Below are positions 34,839 to 49,000 of a stretch of 64,000 nucleotides of DNA, in pieces. The number at the start of each line of letters is the position of its first letter. The first letter of the stretch is position 1. The stretch is from positions 56,732,001 to 56,796,000 of the forward strand of contig NC_058368.1 in assembly GCF_018350175.1 (NCBI RefSeq), read 5' to 3'. Position numbers and translations under genes: made by a program. The DNA comes from Felis catus. Its lineage: Eukaryota. Below the pieces are notes generated by a model that ran no database searches, was not told the DNA's origin, and saw nothing but the letters and a program-made list of their open reading frames with translations.

Positions 34839-35827
34839 AAAATATTTCCCTTTCAATTAAAGTAATTAAACTTAAATATTTTCTTATTTTTCACTTAAAA
34901 GAATTTACATATTTAGCTAAAACCCAAAATGTCAAGGAATTAAAACTGTTAAGAATAATTTAAATAATTTTTCTGAAGTGTGGTAACAAATATAAATGTT
35001 TAAAGATTCTTCTAAGATTAAGAAACTGACCATATAGAACAAGAGTCCAGAATCATGTTTATTTTAAATAATTTTTTAAAATTTAGACTATCATTTGACT
35101 TCTTTCTATGAAAGACAAAGGTATTAACTCTCTCAATATCCCTTTCCAATTACTATTTGCTATACTTTTATATGCCAGAGTACATCACTTAACATCCTTT
35201 CTGTAACACCAATTCAAGCAGTGTGTTTTAGCTTTAGTTCAAGAATTAAATGGAGTGACTTCTTATTACCATTTCATTTACTTATTTCTAAATTATTTAT
35301 TTTGATTCAATGTTTAATCAACAGGATCATGTTACCAATATATCTTTAAACAAGAATTCATGAATTTTTTCACACTTAACATTAGGGTTTATGGCCTTTA
35401 TACTTCAATGTCATTTTGGTTACATACAATTCTCTTGGATTGGAGACCTTCCTCAGAGCTTTGTGGGCATTTTTTATTATCTTCTGCCAATGACCAATTT
35501 TGAAATCAGTCTAATATTTCCTCCTTGTATTTGATTTACTTATTATACCATGATGGATTAAGAAGTATGTCTCAATCTCTGAAGTTAAATAATTTAACAG
35601 AGAATATGTCATTCTCTTTAGGATTATTTAACATAAACTCATAATTTTCTGTGCTCTTCAGGTAAAAGTTTATTTGATAATTTGTTCTGAAGTATGTGTT
35701 GAGATCTCTACTTCAGAGTTACCAGTGATAATCCTTATTTTGGATCCTCTTTGCTCCTCATAACTATTAGCTTTTCTCTGATTGCTTTATCTTTTTTACT
35801 GCATTCACTAAAGTTATTATCTCAGCT

Positions 35828-36055
35828 TCTTTCTTTTCTTTTTTTTAATTTTTTTAATGTTTATTTTGAGAGAGAGGGAAAGACAGAGCACGAGAAGGGG
35901 AGGGGCAGAGAAAGAGAGAGACACACAATCCGAAGCAGGCTTCTGGCTCTGAGCTGTCAGCACAGAGCCCCACGTGGGGCTTGAACTCCCAAATGGTAAG
36001 ATCATGACCTTAGACTAAGTCGGCCACCCAATGGGCCGAGCCACTCAGGCGCCCC
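35828..36055 (-). mobile_element. Can-SINE (SINEC)
   Basis: Antisense body; TSD tcagct. Confidence 0.95.
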
Positions 36056-36186
36056 TCAGCTATTTCTTTATATAAGTAATGTTATTTCCATCCATATATT
36101 TTCAGTGCTTTGTTCTTTCTACTTATTTTCTTAATCCTAGCATGGCACTTTGTTTCTCAATGTAGTTTGTTTTGTTTTAATGTTCA

Positions 36187-36415
36187 TTTTTTTTTATTTT
36201 TTTAAATTTTTTTAACGTTTATTTATTTTTGAGACAGAGAGAGACAGAGCATGAACGGGGGAGGGTCAGAGAGAGGGAGACACAGAATCTGAAACAGGCT
36301 TCAGGCTCTGAGCTGTCAGCACAGAGCCCAACGCGGGGCTCGAACTCACGGACCGCGAGATCATGACCTGAGCCGAAGTTCGGCCACTCAACTGACTGAG
36401 CCACCCAGGCGCCCC
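36187..36415 (-). mobile_element. Can-SINE (felid type, fairly young)
   Basis: CpG-rich; TSD taatgttcatttt. Confidence 0.97.
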
Positions 36416-36697
36416 TAATGTTCATTTTTATCTCATTCTGTTGTTTTCTCATCTTGAACTTGTAGCTTTGATTTCACATTGTTACCAACTTGCCCTATAA
36501 TTTAAAGAATTTGAGAGAAATTTCTTTCTGATTCTTTATGTTACTTGCATCCAAAATTGCTTATTTTTCTTCTTCTTCCTTTCCCTGATCATCTCCTTTT
36601 TCTTATAATCTATTTGCATAGAATTTCTTTTCATTTCACTCATATTAAACAGCTTTTTCCAGACCTCCAATTTGCTGATATGGTGGGAACATTTCTT

Positions 36698-36908
36698 TCT
36701 TTTTTTAATGTTTATTTATTTTTGAGAGAGAGAATAAGACAGAGAATGAGCGGGGAAGGGCCAGAGAGAGGGAGAAACAGAATCAGAAACAGGCTCCAGG
36801 CTCTGAGCTGTCAGCACAGAGCCTGACGTGGGGCTCAAACCCACGAACCGTGAGAACATGACCTGAGCCGAAGTAGGGCGCCTAACCAACTGAGCCACCC
36901 AGGCGCCC
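36698..36908 (-). mobile_element. Can-SINE (SINEC)
   Basis: Perfect 17-bp TSD tggtgggaacatttctt. Confidence 0.97.
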
Positions 36909-38184
36909 TGGTGGGAACATTTCTTAAATACCCAACTACTTTAACCACTTAGCTTTTAGTATTAAGAGCTACTTTTTGCTATGTTTCATATTTTAGACAT
37001 AATACTTTTCTAGATATACTGAGTGGAGAAAGGAAACCACAGCTTAGTTGGTAGGTGTCCTTCTTTAGAATAATTGCACTTTGCCCTCACTTCCTAGGTG
37101 CCTGAATACCTCTTTACTCCACCTAATTGTTGGATGTAATGCTATCCATAAGAATACAAAATACACTGATCCATTCATATAGCAAACAGAATGAAGCATC
37201 TCATTTTCCCAGACCCAAATTTAATCCATTACTCCTCAGAAATTGTTTTCAATATTCCCACAAAATGGGAAGAGATTACTAAACATTTGAGTTTGCTTTG
37301 CTCCCTAGTTGGAGGTAGAGAAATTTTCAGAATTTAAAACAACATTTGGGACTGAAAGGGGTCAGGGTTGATTTGGGGAACTTCTGTGCTATGTAATCTT
37401 TCTTACATTTCTTGAATATCACTTTCTGAGATCTATATCATTGGAATGCAGGTTATATACATCATCAATTAAGGGCCATTACATATAAATTAGTATCAAA
37501 ATATTACTTGATAGTGTTACTTAATATTCTCTCTTCTCTCTTTGCCTCTGTCTCCTATTTTCATCTTGTTGCTTTCACAGCTAATCATATTTCCACCACA
37601 GTGCCTTATTTTGCTGAATTCTCGTTTAGAACATGATGACTCATCTTTCCTTTTGGTAACTTAAGAAGAAAAAAAAGTGATGAAACTCATCATATAATGG
37701 AAAGCAATGTTGCCTGTATAGATTGGAACAGATTAGAATAATGGAATAGACCTATCATGTGAAAGAGTAGGTGCCATTTTCTGTTTTTTTTTTCTTGCTT
37801 TATTTTGGAAAACACAAGACTAATAAGAATTCTTATATTTTTTAGAAGATGTAAAAGAATTTTATATACTAGAAAATATTTTTGCTGTTTTAGTATTTGT
37901 AGGATTATGGATGGTTTGAGGCTACAATGTTTTATTTCTTTGCTTTCTTTTAATACTTTCAAGAATTTTGACTATCTGTGATTCTGGTGTCCAGGTTGTT
38001 TTTCTTAATGTATACTTGTTTACTCATTAGTGTATGGATGCCTTTTTCTAAGTAAACACAATTGGGTAAGAGTGACAAGCTGGTCCAATTTGGGAAAGAG
38101 TAGAGTTTTGGGGAGTAGAGAAAAGGATTTAATATTTTTGCAAGGTCAGAGCTTTCTGAGAAATAGGAGACTTGAGTCAAAGGA

Positions 38185-38690
38185 CATACCTAAAATGTTA
38201 ATGAATGATTAGATATTAAGAGACCTTCAGAAGAGTTTGCCTCACTCTAGGTAATATAGGTATATATATATATTTAGGCTATATTAGGTATATACGTATC
38301 AATTAGGTGTATATTTCAAAGGAGCTAAAAAAGCTGATGGTAAACTTTCCCCATGGAGACATTTATTTATATAAAGAACCCAGCGTTCTTCCCTTTTCTA
38401 CCCCAGGAGAACAATTACTTTAAGAAGATTTTGTTTCTCTTCCTTTCTCGGGACAGGAGGGAAAATGTATACATAAGCCCCCATCATTGTATAATTGTGA
38501 TTCCTTTTCTATATTACATTAGGACATAGGGTGACATCTGATGTCATTGCTTCACTTCACATGAGGGAATAATTAAGGAAAAGGGAAACCAATGTATTAT
38601 TATTATAAAATAAACTCTGATATTTACTATAGAAAACATGTGTTTGCATTCAAGATAATAAGCATAAATATCGATATTAAAATTATCTCA
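38185..38690 (+). mobile_element. Possible ancient ERV1-type LTR
   Basis: LTR-like layout (acataagcccc TATA-like element, aataaa near 38609, ends ...tctca); family not identified. Confidence 0.35.
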
Positions 38691-39999
38691 TAGGAAAGAG
38701 AGGATTAGACCTCTTTAAACTCTATATAATTGAAATACAATGTTCATATACATGTAGCTTTCGAAATCTTCTATCCCAATTCATTCGGATAGGAATGGAT
38801 GCATAGAAGGAGGGAAGAGGTTTTGCCTAATAATATATATAGCATGAAAAGATGAATGTCAAGAATAGAGCTCTAAAAAGGAAAGAAATCTGAGTAGAAA
38901 GCACACTTACGAGTGGTGCCCCTCCACTTCTACAAAGCTTAGGTCAACTAAATCCATTTTATCTTAAGGACTTCAAAATTATGATGAAGGAAACAGATTT
39001 AGCAATTACTATATGCTAAGTGCTTAGATCAAGTCTCAATTGTCACACTAAAAGTAGAATGTAAGTACAAGGTGGTTATTATATTCTAGTTAAAAAAAAG
39101 GACCAGCATATGAAGAAATCAATAAATTCAATTCACCAGACTGTCATAAGTAGTATTGGTATTCACATTTCAAATTTGTATTTGACTTTAAAATAAAGCA
39201 TTTATAAATGCAGCCTTTCATCTCTTCAGAACAGTCTCTTCTGCCTCCACAGATCTGATAATATCTGGACTAAAGAAAAAATATCATTTGGGAAATTATA
39301 TTTTCATAATTTAAAGAATCTTTAAAACATCTATGCAGAGTCTACTAATGTTTACATCCATGTAAGTTTTAGAGTTAGAGAGAAAAGCATTCAAGACAAT
39401 AGAAAAACACTTATTTATGAAGAGTTTAATTTTTGATTTCTCTTCTCTCTATATGGAAGGATGAATAATTTATTAGACATACGCCTATTTAGGATGGAGC
39501 AGTAAAATTATGAAATTAAGTGATATTTCACAAGCAAAATTTCTATAGTCAAATTAATCCAATTGCATTAAAATGGTGAAAGTAACAAAAGTTCCTTCCA
39601 AAGTGCACATGAATAATGAATTATAGGTAATTTCCTAATGTGACCACCTAGTAAAATAGATTTTACTGTTTCATGGAGCAAAAAATAAGTGATTGCTCCT
39701 ATAATCTACATTTATCTATGTTGTCACTTCATTCTTAAATTTAGCACATTCTTGCCACTTCTCTGGGCTTTATGCTTTTTTATCTCTTTGGGTCCAATCT
39801 GTGACCTATGAAGTCAAGAGCCAATAATATATGTCATAAACTTTATGCATTAAAAACGAAGTTAAAGACTTACTGGAGAACTCATTAATTTAATAAAATC
39901 TCAAAATTCCTAAAATGATTAATAAAGGTGTATGTGCACCCACTCCCACACCCTCACTTCCCCAACCCCCACACCTCCATACACATACACATCAGCACA

Positions 40000-40505
40000 G
40001 AGAGTATCTCTGTCCAGCCACAGAATTATTTTCCTTATTCAGTGATATTAGGGCTGAGATTTTATTGAGGTATTGTGAAGAGTTCCTTTGGTCTTAGAAA
40101 GGCCAGACCATACTGTAGGAGTGTGACTTTGATGCAGTTCTTGCCAATAAAATACAAGCAGATATTGATTAGAAGTTCTTGAGAAACCTTTTACTTCCTG
40201 AAAAGAGTAGGGAACATCACACAAAGTACTTCCACTGTCACCAAGACCCCCTCTGTATGTTAAATGTGGAATAAATATGTAATACTTAAAGTTGCTACAC
40301 CCACATAGCTGTTTTGTGACCATAAGGGGAAAACCAGGAGACCCACAGAGCCACAATTTTCAGATCCCTCACCTAATGTTAGCAATTATCTAATGTCATC
40401 TTCTTGTCAGGTGAGAAAAGTAAAGCCTTTTGGATAAAATCTGTTTGTTTTTGGTTGTTGGTTTGTTTGTTTTTGCTACTTGTACCCCATGCTTTTCTTA
40501 CATAC
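40000..40505 (+). mobile_element. MLT1 (I/J-like) LTR
   Basis: gcagttcttgccaataaaatacaagcaga...ttcttgagaaacctttt...gctgttttgtgaccataagggg...cttcttgtcaggtgagaaaa...ttgctacttg. Confidence 0.7.
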
Positions 40506-41366
40506 TTAGTCATTCACTAAGTAATGTCTCCCTCCATGTTGATCAGTTCATTGAATATCATAAAAATGATAGCATAAATAATAGCAAGACATGAAAAGCA
40601 ATATTTGAGCATCTAATCAAATATAAATGTTGCCCAATATGAATATTAGGGTTTCACATTTAATCAAATATAGCACTGCTACCAACATAAATCTCCTATA
40701 AGATTCCTTCCTCAATCCGAAAACAAGCTACCAAGGCAGATTTTAAATCTGTTAAGGGGGATCTTCCTTGTATGTGTGTCATCTGGCTATACTACTCCAG
40801 GTATTAAACCAAATTTCTTTTTTACTTCAGAGTTAGCTGTGTTAAAGCTCACTAAAATAATAAGCAATGCATGAAGTAATTAAATATATAATTTGGAGTT
40901 ATTTTTGAAAGATCTCAATGATCATGATGTTTCATGAAGAGAGCCATATATGCTTTAACAGTAAAACAGCAATGAATTCAAAAGACTTTTTCAAAATATT
41001 AAGTATTTAAAAAGATGTTACTCCCTATTTCCTTGTTTCTTTTTTCCTATACATAAACCCATGTATGTTGCATCATGAAAATTACAACCTTGTGAGATAT
41101 CACAAAAACTGAAGCAATCTGTAACTCAAAGGACATGGAAAATTCTGAAATGTCTGCTATTTATTACTTGAGTAACTGGATGTAGAAGAAACTTAAAGTG
41201 AAATTGAAAGGTTTAGTTTTAGTTCTATGCATTTTCCTACTTTTCAACCAATCATCAGTAGTAGAAAGTCATTAATGATCTAAATAGTTAAAACTATGGC
41301 ATCACTACCACAACTTCTTGATTAGTCTCCTTTGTTTACATTTATTTATATTCAAGTATACAAGCA

Positions 41367-41580
41367 GTGGTCACCTGTGTGGGTCAGTTGGTTAAGTATC
41401 CAACTTCAGCTCACGTCATGATCTCACAGTTTGTGGGTTCAAGCCCTGCATGGGGGTCTGTGCTGATAGCTTGGAGCTGGACACTGCTTGGGATTCTGTG
41501 TCTCCCTCTCTCTCTGCCTCTCTCCCCTTGCACTCTGTCTCTCTCTCTCAAAAATAAATTAACATTTAAAAAAATTAAAA
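41367..41580 (+). mobile_element. Can-SINE (SINEC)
   Basis: Diverged head, typical body and A tail; degenerate TSD ending caagca. Confidence 0.93.
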
Positions 41581-44277
41581 GTTTCAAGCAGAAAGGATTT
41601 CTAACTTAGTTATATGCATTAAAATAAAAATTATTCGTGAAAAGTATTACATATTTTCTTATTAAACATATATATATATCTTTAAATACATGCATATATG
41701 TAATTTTAGTAATAGAAAACAATGAATTTCTTTAGATACCAATGCTAAAACAATGTAACTAAGGGTTAAGACACCTAGCAACTTACATTTATGTTTGTCT
41801 AAGATTCTTCTCATTTCCTCTCTATACATAAAGATCATTTTTTGTAGAAGTGTTTGTGCCTTCAGTGATATTTAGGCTGTTAACTAAACCTAGACAAGAA
41901 AGAGTGGATCTGTGTCATAGCAGATTCAAAGTACTAACAAATATTTTCTCTCTCTATATCTCTCTTTCTCTCTTTCTTTCTTTCCTTTGTTTCTTCCTTC
42001 TTTTTTTTTTTTCATTCAAGAACACAGACCTCCAAATGACAAACTCTCAATTACTCTTGAAATCATGGGAGCTAATTATATATTTTTTTTACTTACTCAC
42101 ATCGGCACTTAGGTAGAAATAGTCATAGGAGGGAAAATCACAGAATGACAATATCCCAAATTCACAATTATAGCATTGATTTTTGCATGATTGTGTTGGG
42201 TTGCTTTGCTAAGTTTAGTTAAATAACTAGGCTAATAAGCAATTTCAGTTCCCAAATAAATTTTACTAAATGTCTATTCCTTTTAAGATATTGCTATCAT
42301 CTAATCTTACTTCATTAATTTTGGTATCATTTCAATATATATCATTACTAAGAAGGTTTATTTCTAGACAACATTTCATGTGTTGAGAAAAAGTTAACAA
42401 ACCACAGCTAATAATATTTTGTACAGAAAACATACATCATAAAAGTCCAAGTACCTGAAAAGAGATCTCATATTCATATCATTCGAGTCTTCTATCAGCA
42501 AGATTTAGGGGGAGATTTCAGCAACATGCAGTATAGTATGCTCCATTGAAATGACTGTAGTATTTTGCCTCAGTTTAAATATTTTGCTTGTAGATGCCAA
42601 GGCAAACTATGTATTTGCAAAAATGTTATGTGTTTAAGAGAATTATTTTTGTTCTGATAGCTGTGCCATCAAAAAATGAAAACATCAAATATATAGCCAT
42701 TTGTCATCAAGAATTTTACAAACAGTATTAAAAGGTGAAAAGGACTTTTATACGTAGAAGACTTGGTGTTTTTTTTTTGTTCTTTGTATTATATATAGGG
42801 TTTTAATCAGGATTTAAGACCATTTTGCTGTTGTTACTTCTTATTATTTCTAAAACTAAGGTATGTTATAGGAGACCACTGAGTGGACTCAGTATTCCCT
42901 TTTGAACCCATTGTGACGCTAGTGAGATCACAAATCTTGGGATGATTTCACAGCACTGTTGTGACCTACATCTGAGAAACAGCCAATTTTCCTGGGTTTA
43001 GTAATCTAGGAAGAGCTCCAAAAACACAGAGAAATGCTACAAAGATCATGGCTAGTGGGCAATTGTTATCTACTGATTAATTTTTTTAATTTTTTTTTTA
43101 AGAAAAGGAGATGGATCTTGATAAATTAATAATACATCAAGGTTAAATATTGTCAGTGGAATTTCCCTAGGCAAGGGGGGGAGCCCTTGTATCATCAATT
43201 TACTTTATGAAAAGAATAAAATATCTGAACAATTTTCCTTGACATCACTACAATAAGAACTTAAAAGTGTTCAGAAACATAATACTATAATACTGTCAGA
43301 ATTGATTTGTATAGTCAAACTAGCATAGGACTCAATTCTTGCAAGGAAATTCACCCATGGTAATAATTGAAAACTTGAGTTTGCTGACTTATTTGATTCA
43401 GGGTTGTGGAAAATTCTGAGAGAACATTCCTATAAATTCACATGTGAGGACAGATCCTTCTGCACTTTTTTCTTTAGACATGGTGAGAGAAAAAAGTCTG
43501 TCCCACTTTCTCTAGCCAAATCACTATGAACAAAGAAATAAAGACAATTCTCATAATAAAACTTTGTCTTTAAAGCCTTCATTCAAATGTAGCACTAGAA
43601 ATGAGGCCACATTCATGGGAATTTCAAATGTATTTCAAGAACTATTGAGTACTACATCCATGAGTAAATTCAATTTTCATTTTAGAGTCTAGGGATATAT
43701 ACATATTCCAAAATGTGTCAGTGATAATTCAAACTTCAAAGCCCCAGCTATAATTTGAATCATTTACAGCAAAACAAAGAAATATAAAAAAATCTGAAAA
43801 AATTATAATCTTTATGTTCAAATTTTAGAGACGCTTCTATAATTCTTATTTTATAACTCTTAACTGACATTTTTAAAATCAGTAAAATAATTCCACATGA
43901 AAAGCTTAACTATGCTAGTCCATCCTTATTAAAATTTGATGTAGAAATAGCCATCAAAAGAAAACCTAGTAGGAAATTTTAAATTCAGATTTCTGAGGAA
44001 ATCATTAGGTCCCACTGGCTTCCCAATGTGACCCATGTCTTTCATTAGCATTATTAAACACATTGCCTAAAATAAGTTATGAGTAAAGCACAAAATTCTT
44101 AGAAATATAGAGAAAGGTGTATTATGCTCATAGAAGCATGTAACAATGATGGCTTGAATTAACATAATCGATATTTGGTGCTTTCAAAAACAGAGTTAAC
44201 AATAGCATTTGAATAGTGGACAACTAAATGAGAAGTAAAAAAAAAAGTCAAGAGAATGTTTTTTAACTAAAAAAAAT

Positions 44278-44480
44278 ATTTTTAACATTTATTCATGTTT
44301 GAGAGAAAAAGCATGAGCAGGGAAGGGGCAGAGAGAGAGGGGGAGACACAGGATCTGAAGCAGGCTCCAGGCTCTGAGCTGTGAGCACCCAGCCCAGCGC
44401 GCATCTTGAACTCACGAACTGGAAGACCATGGACAGAGACAAAGTCGGATACTTAACCTACTGAGCCACCCAGGCGCCCC
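44278..44480 (-). mobile_element. Can-SINE (SINEC)
   Basis: Antisense body ending caggcgcccc; degenerate TSD gaga(a/gt)atgttttt. Confidence 0.95.
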
Positions 44481-47365
44481 GAGAGTATGTTTTTAAGAGA
44501 CCAATATGAGAAGTATCTTTGTCCTCATAGTAAAAATGTTCCTTTTTATGTCACACTCCTACAAACATGACTCCAACTATAAATCTATAGTGGTATTCTT
44601 GATAGTCTCAGTCAAAAGTTGAGAATTTGTGTCTCTCATACTTTTTTCAACTGGTTGGTTCTCTGGCCCATGACCAGCATCAAAATCAGAGCCAACCATA
44701 TGAAAGTAATATCACATCCTTTAATTTTAGAATCTATGCTCCTTCCCATTTAATTCTTACTATGACACTTTACACATTTTAGAGCTAGTTAGAAGGATAA
44801 AAATGAACTATTTTTATAGTACTATATATTATCCTTATGCAAGATCACGTAAAACAATGTGCTAAAAACTCATTTAAGTAGTTTTAGTTTGAGTACTGTG
44901 GTAAAATAAAGCAGAATAAGTACATATTTTTTGTGATTTTTACAAAAGGATCTTGTAAAATCACTAAAAGAAGGAGGAATTAAAAAGTCCCTAACAATTA
45001 GTGATGACTTTTTTTTAACATTTAGTATCTATATTTTTATAATAACTTGAAGTCTTTTATTTCTATAATGATAGAAATCCACAAAATTTATTTTCTATAA
45101 AACAAACTGAAATTAATAAAAAAATAAGTTCAGCATATATTACTTCACCTTATCTGGAATAAAAATATTGGGATTTTTTTTTCTTGAACTACTAATATTT
45201 GTGGTATGAATAATGGCTTGACCTATTTCATCACCTAATAGGTCATTCCTCTAGGCATTGTATTACTCCTCTCAGAGAAGTGTGCAAATTTCAAGCAGTA
45301 CTGAAGCCTCATCTTGGGATGTTTTCAAGTGGCAAGCGCGCATACAGATGCATTAATGAAAATGTTTCCTCTCTGCTGTAAAGTTTAATGTAAAAACCTT
45401 ATAAAATCTTTCAACTCCGTCATCTGGCCAGTTATTCAAAATATACTAGACACATCCTATAAGTAAATTTTTTTTAAATCAATTCAAATAATAATAGAAA
45501 ACCATCCATTTTAAAGAAAGTGAATCAGCCAAATGGAAAGTCGTAAACATATTGTCTCAAACGTATTTTCCTTCTTACATCTTCTTTAATATTTTCTTAC
45601 CAGTTTTGAGTCATTACAGTAATCTACTGTGTAAAAATATGTGTATATACATTATTTTAAGATTAGGGCTTCACAATATTTTGTAATGAGCAAAGATTAC
45701 AAGATTACATTATAAGATTTTGGCTAAGAACCTGGATAAAAGTAGCCCATCTTTAGTCACACTAAATATAATCATAAGAGAGGCTTTGAAATACATCATT
45801 ATACATTTATGTATGTAATGAAATATATACATATTTTTTCCTGAAGATAAAGTATTAAATGTGAACTTTTTTTGTTTAGTAAAATATTATTTAAAATTTG
45901 CATGCTGTTAAATTTGAAGTCATAACATTTTTTATTATGCTGTCCTAATTCTTAGTCATCAGTTTTATGTATTGATGATTGTTTCTATGCAATCATTTCC
46001 ATTCCTTCTTATTTATGGACATCTTTTAAAGAGAAGTTCTGTTGATCTCCCATTATTGACACAATTTTTGAATGATGTTGTTACATGAATAGAAAAGTTC
46101 TGCCATAAGTTGCCTATGTTTATAGCTCTTATAGAAATATGAAACTCAAGCGAATGTGCATGTTATGTACAAACTTATAAAACATATAAATGCAAAAGAA
46201 TACTTAACTGAAAATAAAAGTTTAAGTCAAGGATTACCCTTTGAGATAAAGAGATTTGTTTTATGTGCAACATATATTTTAAGCTTATGTGTTAGTCAGA
46301 CATGTTTTCTTACAATATCATCCAGCATCAGAATTCTACAATTATTGCATTTCTTCAGTGTATCTTTGATATATTTTCCCCATTCTCTCTGTTGCCAGAT
46401 GTGTAACAATAACTCCCAGCCATTTTCCTCTTCTAAAGTTTATTTGCAATATGCCCAATTATTGACTGTGTCATTTCTTCTTTGTAGTAAGAGCTCAGAG
46501 TTTATTCTGTGTTTTCCTCTCTCACACCAAGGAGTTCTCTAATTTTATACAGTATAAATTTAACCTTTATCTTGATGAGCCAAGAATGAAGTGTGTTGAT
46601 CTGTCTTTGCCTTTCTGGTGTGTCCAGCATGGCTTGCACACAAATGTACTTTGACCTTGTAGGTCTGCAGTCCCTGATTATAAGAGGAACTGGTACAATT
46701 TTAATTCCAGAACCAAAAGTATAAGAGAATGATCTGGGGGTAAAAAAAGAATTTCAAAATATACAAGATCTCAGTGCCTTTTGTAAAAACTTAGATACTG
46801 CCACCATAAAGTAGCTAACTGTTATGGTTTTTGTTACATTTTCCCATTATTTATACCTCAGGATTAAAGCAGAAGTTGCAAAGTGCAGGTAGAGGAATAA
46901 GCCTTTCTTAAACAATATGACCAAACTCAAAAGGAACTGCAAACCACAAGAATATAAAAACTGCTAAAATTTTCAAAATAGTGAAACTATTATCAAAATG
47001 AATTTTGCCATGTAATTTTTTTTTCTGTTATTGAAAGATAGATGTCTGCAAATGAATAAGTGACAATTTTCAATAGGCCAGTATAGCTGAAGGAGAAAAT
47101 AGTAATAAAAACTAGTAAAAAGATATGAACAGCATGGTACCAGATTGCCTTCCTGTTATGTATATGTTGTATGAACATAGGAGAAAGGCTAATTACATAG
47201 GAATACATTAGATGCTTAGGGACACAAAAGTGAATTACTAATAGTTCATATTATTTTAAGTTTCACTTTTTTAGTGGGAGACATAGGTGATGAAAAAACG
47301 TGCAGAATAAATTTGAATTCTGTTCTACTCTGGTCCACAAAGAATTTATATTAAAAATGCTCATA

Positions 47366-47566
47366 GGGGCTCCAGAGTGACCTAGTCAGCTGAGTGTCTG
47401 ACTCTTTCGGCTCAGGTCGTGATCTCAGGGTCATAGGATAGAGCCCCACCTCGGGCTCTGCACTGAGCATGGAGCCTTGCTTGAGATTATCTCCCTCTCT
47501 TTCCTTTTGACCCTCCTCCACTTGTGCTGTCTCTCTCTCTCTCTCTCTCAACAAAACAAAACAAAC
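47366..47566 (+). mobile_element. Can-SINE (older subfamily)
   Basis: gggtcataggatagagccccacctcgggctctgcactgagcatggag body; CT/A tail. Confidence 0.92.
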
Positions 47567-47622
47567 ACCCTAAATATTTATTATACTCCTCCGCCCTAAA
47601 GAGGAAAAGATTCAGTTATTAT

Positions 47623-47671
47623 TTATTGTATTGTATTGTATTGTATTGTATTGTATTGTATTGTATTGTAT
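47623..47671. repeat. (TATTG)n pentanucleotide repeat
   Basis: Direct reading. Confidence 0.95.
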
Positions 47672-47739
47672 TTTTACTTTTTCCTTCTCACTGTTACGGG
47701 GATGGTAGATAAATGCAAAAAGAAAGGGTTAAAAGTTTT

Positions 47740-47962
47740 AAATTTTTTTTTATTACATTGTAATTATTTTTGATAGAGAGAGACAGAGCACAAGTGGGGG
47801 AGAGGCAAAGAGAGAGGGAGACACAGAATCGGAAGCAGGCTCCAGGCTCCGAGCTCCGAGCTGTCAGCACAGAGCCGGACGCAGGGCCCGAGCTCACACA
47901 CCGCAAGATCTTGACCTGAGCCGAAGTCGGACGCTCAATCGACTGAGCCACCCAGGCGCCCC
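47740..47962 (-). mobile_element. Can-SINE (SINEC)
   Basis: CpG-rich body with a small internal duplication (gctccga repeated); degenerate TSD ending taaaagtttta. Confidence 0.96.
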
Positions 47963-48179
47963 AAAAAAGTGTAAAAGTTTTATCAGAAAGCCTGAAAGAG
48001 GATTATAAAGATACAATCCAAAGAGTTTAAAGAGGATAATACATCAGATAAAATTCTACTCATTTTAAATACTGTTAGGAAAAAATATCTTCCCCAAAAA
48101 ATTAATGTATGGTAAATGTAACACTCATAGGAATAAATGTCATAAGACACGAATATCAGAAAAATAAAGCATTCCTTAG

Positions 48180-48700
48180 CAAGGCCAAAGAACAAAGTTA
48201 ATGCATAAAAATCAAGTAAAATTTTTTTTAATGTTTATTTATTTTTGAGAGAGAGAGAGCGAGAGAGCACAACCTGGGGAGGGACAGAAAGAGATGGAGA
48301 CACAGAATCCTAGGCATGCTCTAGGCTCTGAGCTGTCAGCACAGAGCCTGACATGGGGCTCGAAATCACAAACCATGAGATCACGCCTTGAGTCAAAGTT
48401 GGACACTTAACCCAGGCACCCCAAAAATCAATTTTATATACTAACAGTAGACAGAACATGTAAACAAAATATTTGCTTTTGCAATATCACCAACATGTTG
48501 TAAATAAATCTAAATTGAAATATGTAAGACTTCTGTGTTGAAATCTTATAAAATTGCTGAAGAGATAGTAAAATAATGAGTGACTGAAATATTTGTTTAG
48601 ATGTCAAATTTTGCCAAATTTATGTATAGATTTAACTCAAACCTAATATTTTTATAGAAATTGAAAAGCTGATTCTAAAATATCTATAGAAATGTAATGT
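48180..48700 (+). mobile_element. Old LINE-1 ORF2 fragment
   Basis: taaaaatcaa...tatatactaacag...atgtcaaattttgccaaatttatgtatagatttaa...gaaattgaaaagctgattctaaaatat. Confidence 0.8.
48222..48422 (-). mobile_element. Can-SINE (SINEC)
   Basis: Antisense body; TSD aaaaatcaa. Confidence 0.95.
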
Positions 48701-48703
48701 ATT

Positions 48704-48923
48704 GGGGCGCCTGGGTGGCGCAGTCGGTTAAGCGTCCGACTTCAACCAGGTCACGATCTTGCGGTCCGTGAGTTCGAGCCCCGCATCAGGCTCTGGGCTG
48801 ATGGCTCGGAGCCTGGAGCCTGTTTCCGATTCTGTGTCTCCCTCTCTCTCTGCCCCTCCCCCGTTCATGCTCTGTCTCTCTCTGTCCCAAAAATAAATAA
48901 AAAACATTGGAGAAAAAAAAAAA
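48704..48923 (+). mobile_element. Young felid SINE (SINEC_Fc type)
   Basis: Nearly identical to the 19282 copy; TSD agaaatgtaatgta (48688-48701, 48924-48937). Confidence 0.98.
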
Positions 48924-49000
48924 AGAAATGTAATGTACCACAAGTTACATGTTGTTTGTTCATTTAATAAGGTTCTGAACTTATTCTACAGGATGTTAGT

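Larger units (their letters stand above)
35090..36690 (-). mobile_element. Old L1ME/HAL1-like relic hosting SINEs
   Basis: T-rich degenerate antisense ORF1-like motifs (tggttacatacaattc; tgaaatcagtctaatatttcctccttgta; ctctacttcagagttaccagt). Confidence 0.5.

Noticed and set aside
44933..44964. Imperfect AT-rich inverted repeat (also 10219-10242)
   Set aside because: Short, low-complexity arms are expected by chance in AT-rich DNA.
45149..45458. Minus-strand segment bounded by acceptor- and donor-like sites
   Set aside because: Stops occur in all three frames, and a shorter internal version has only a weak acceptor.
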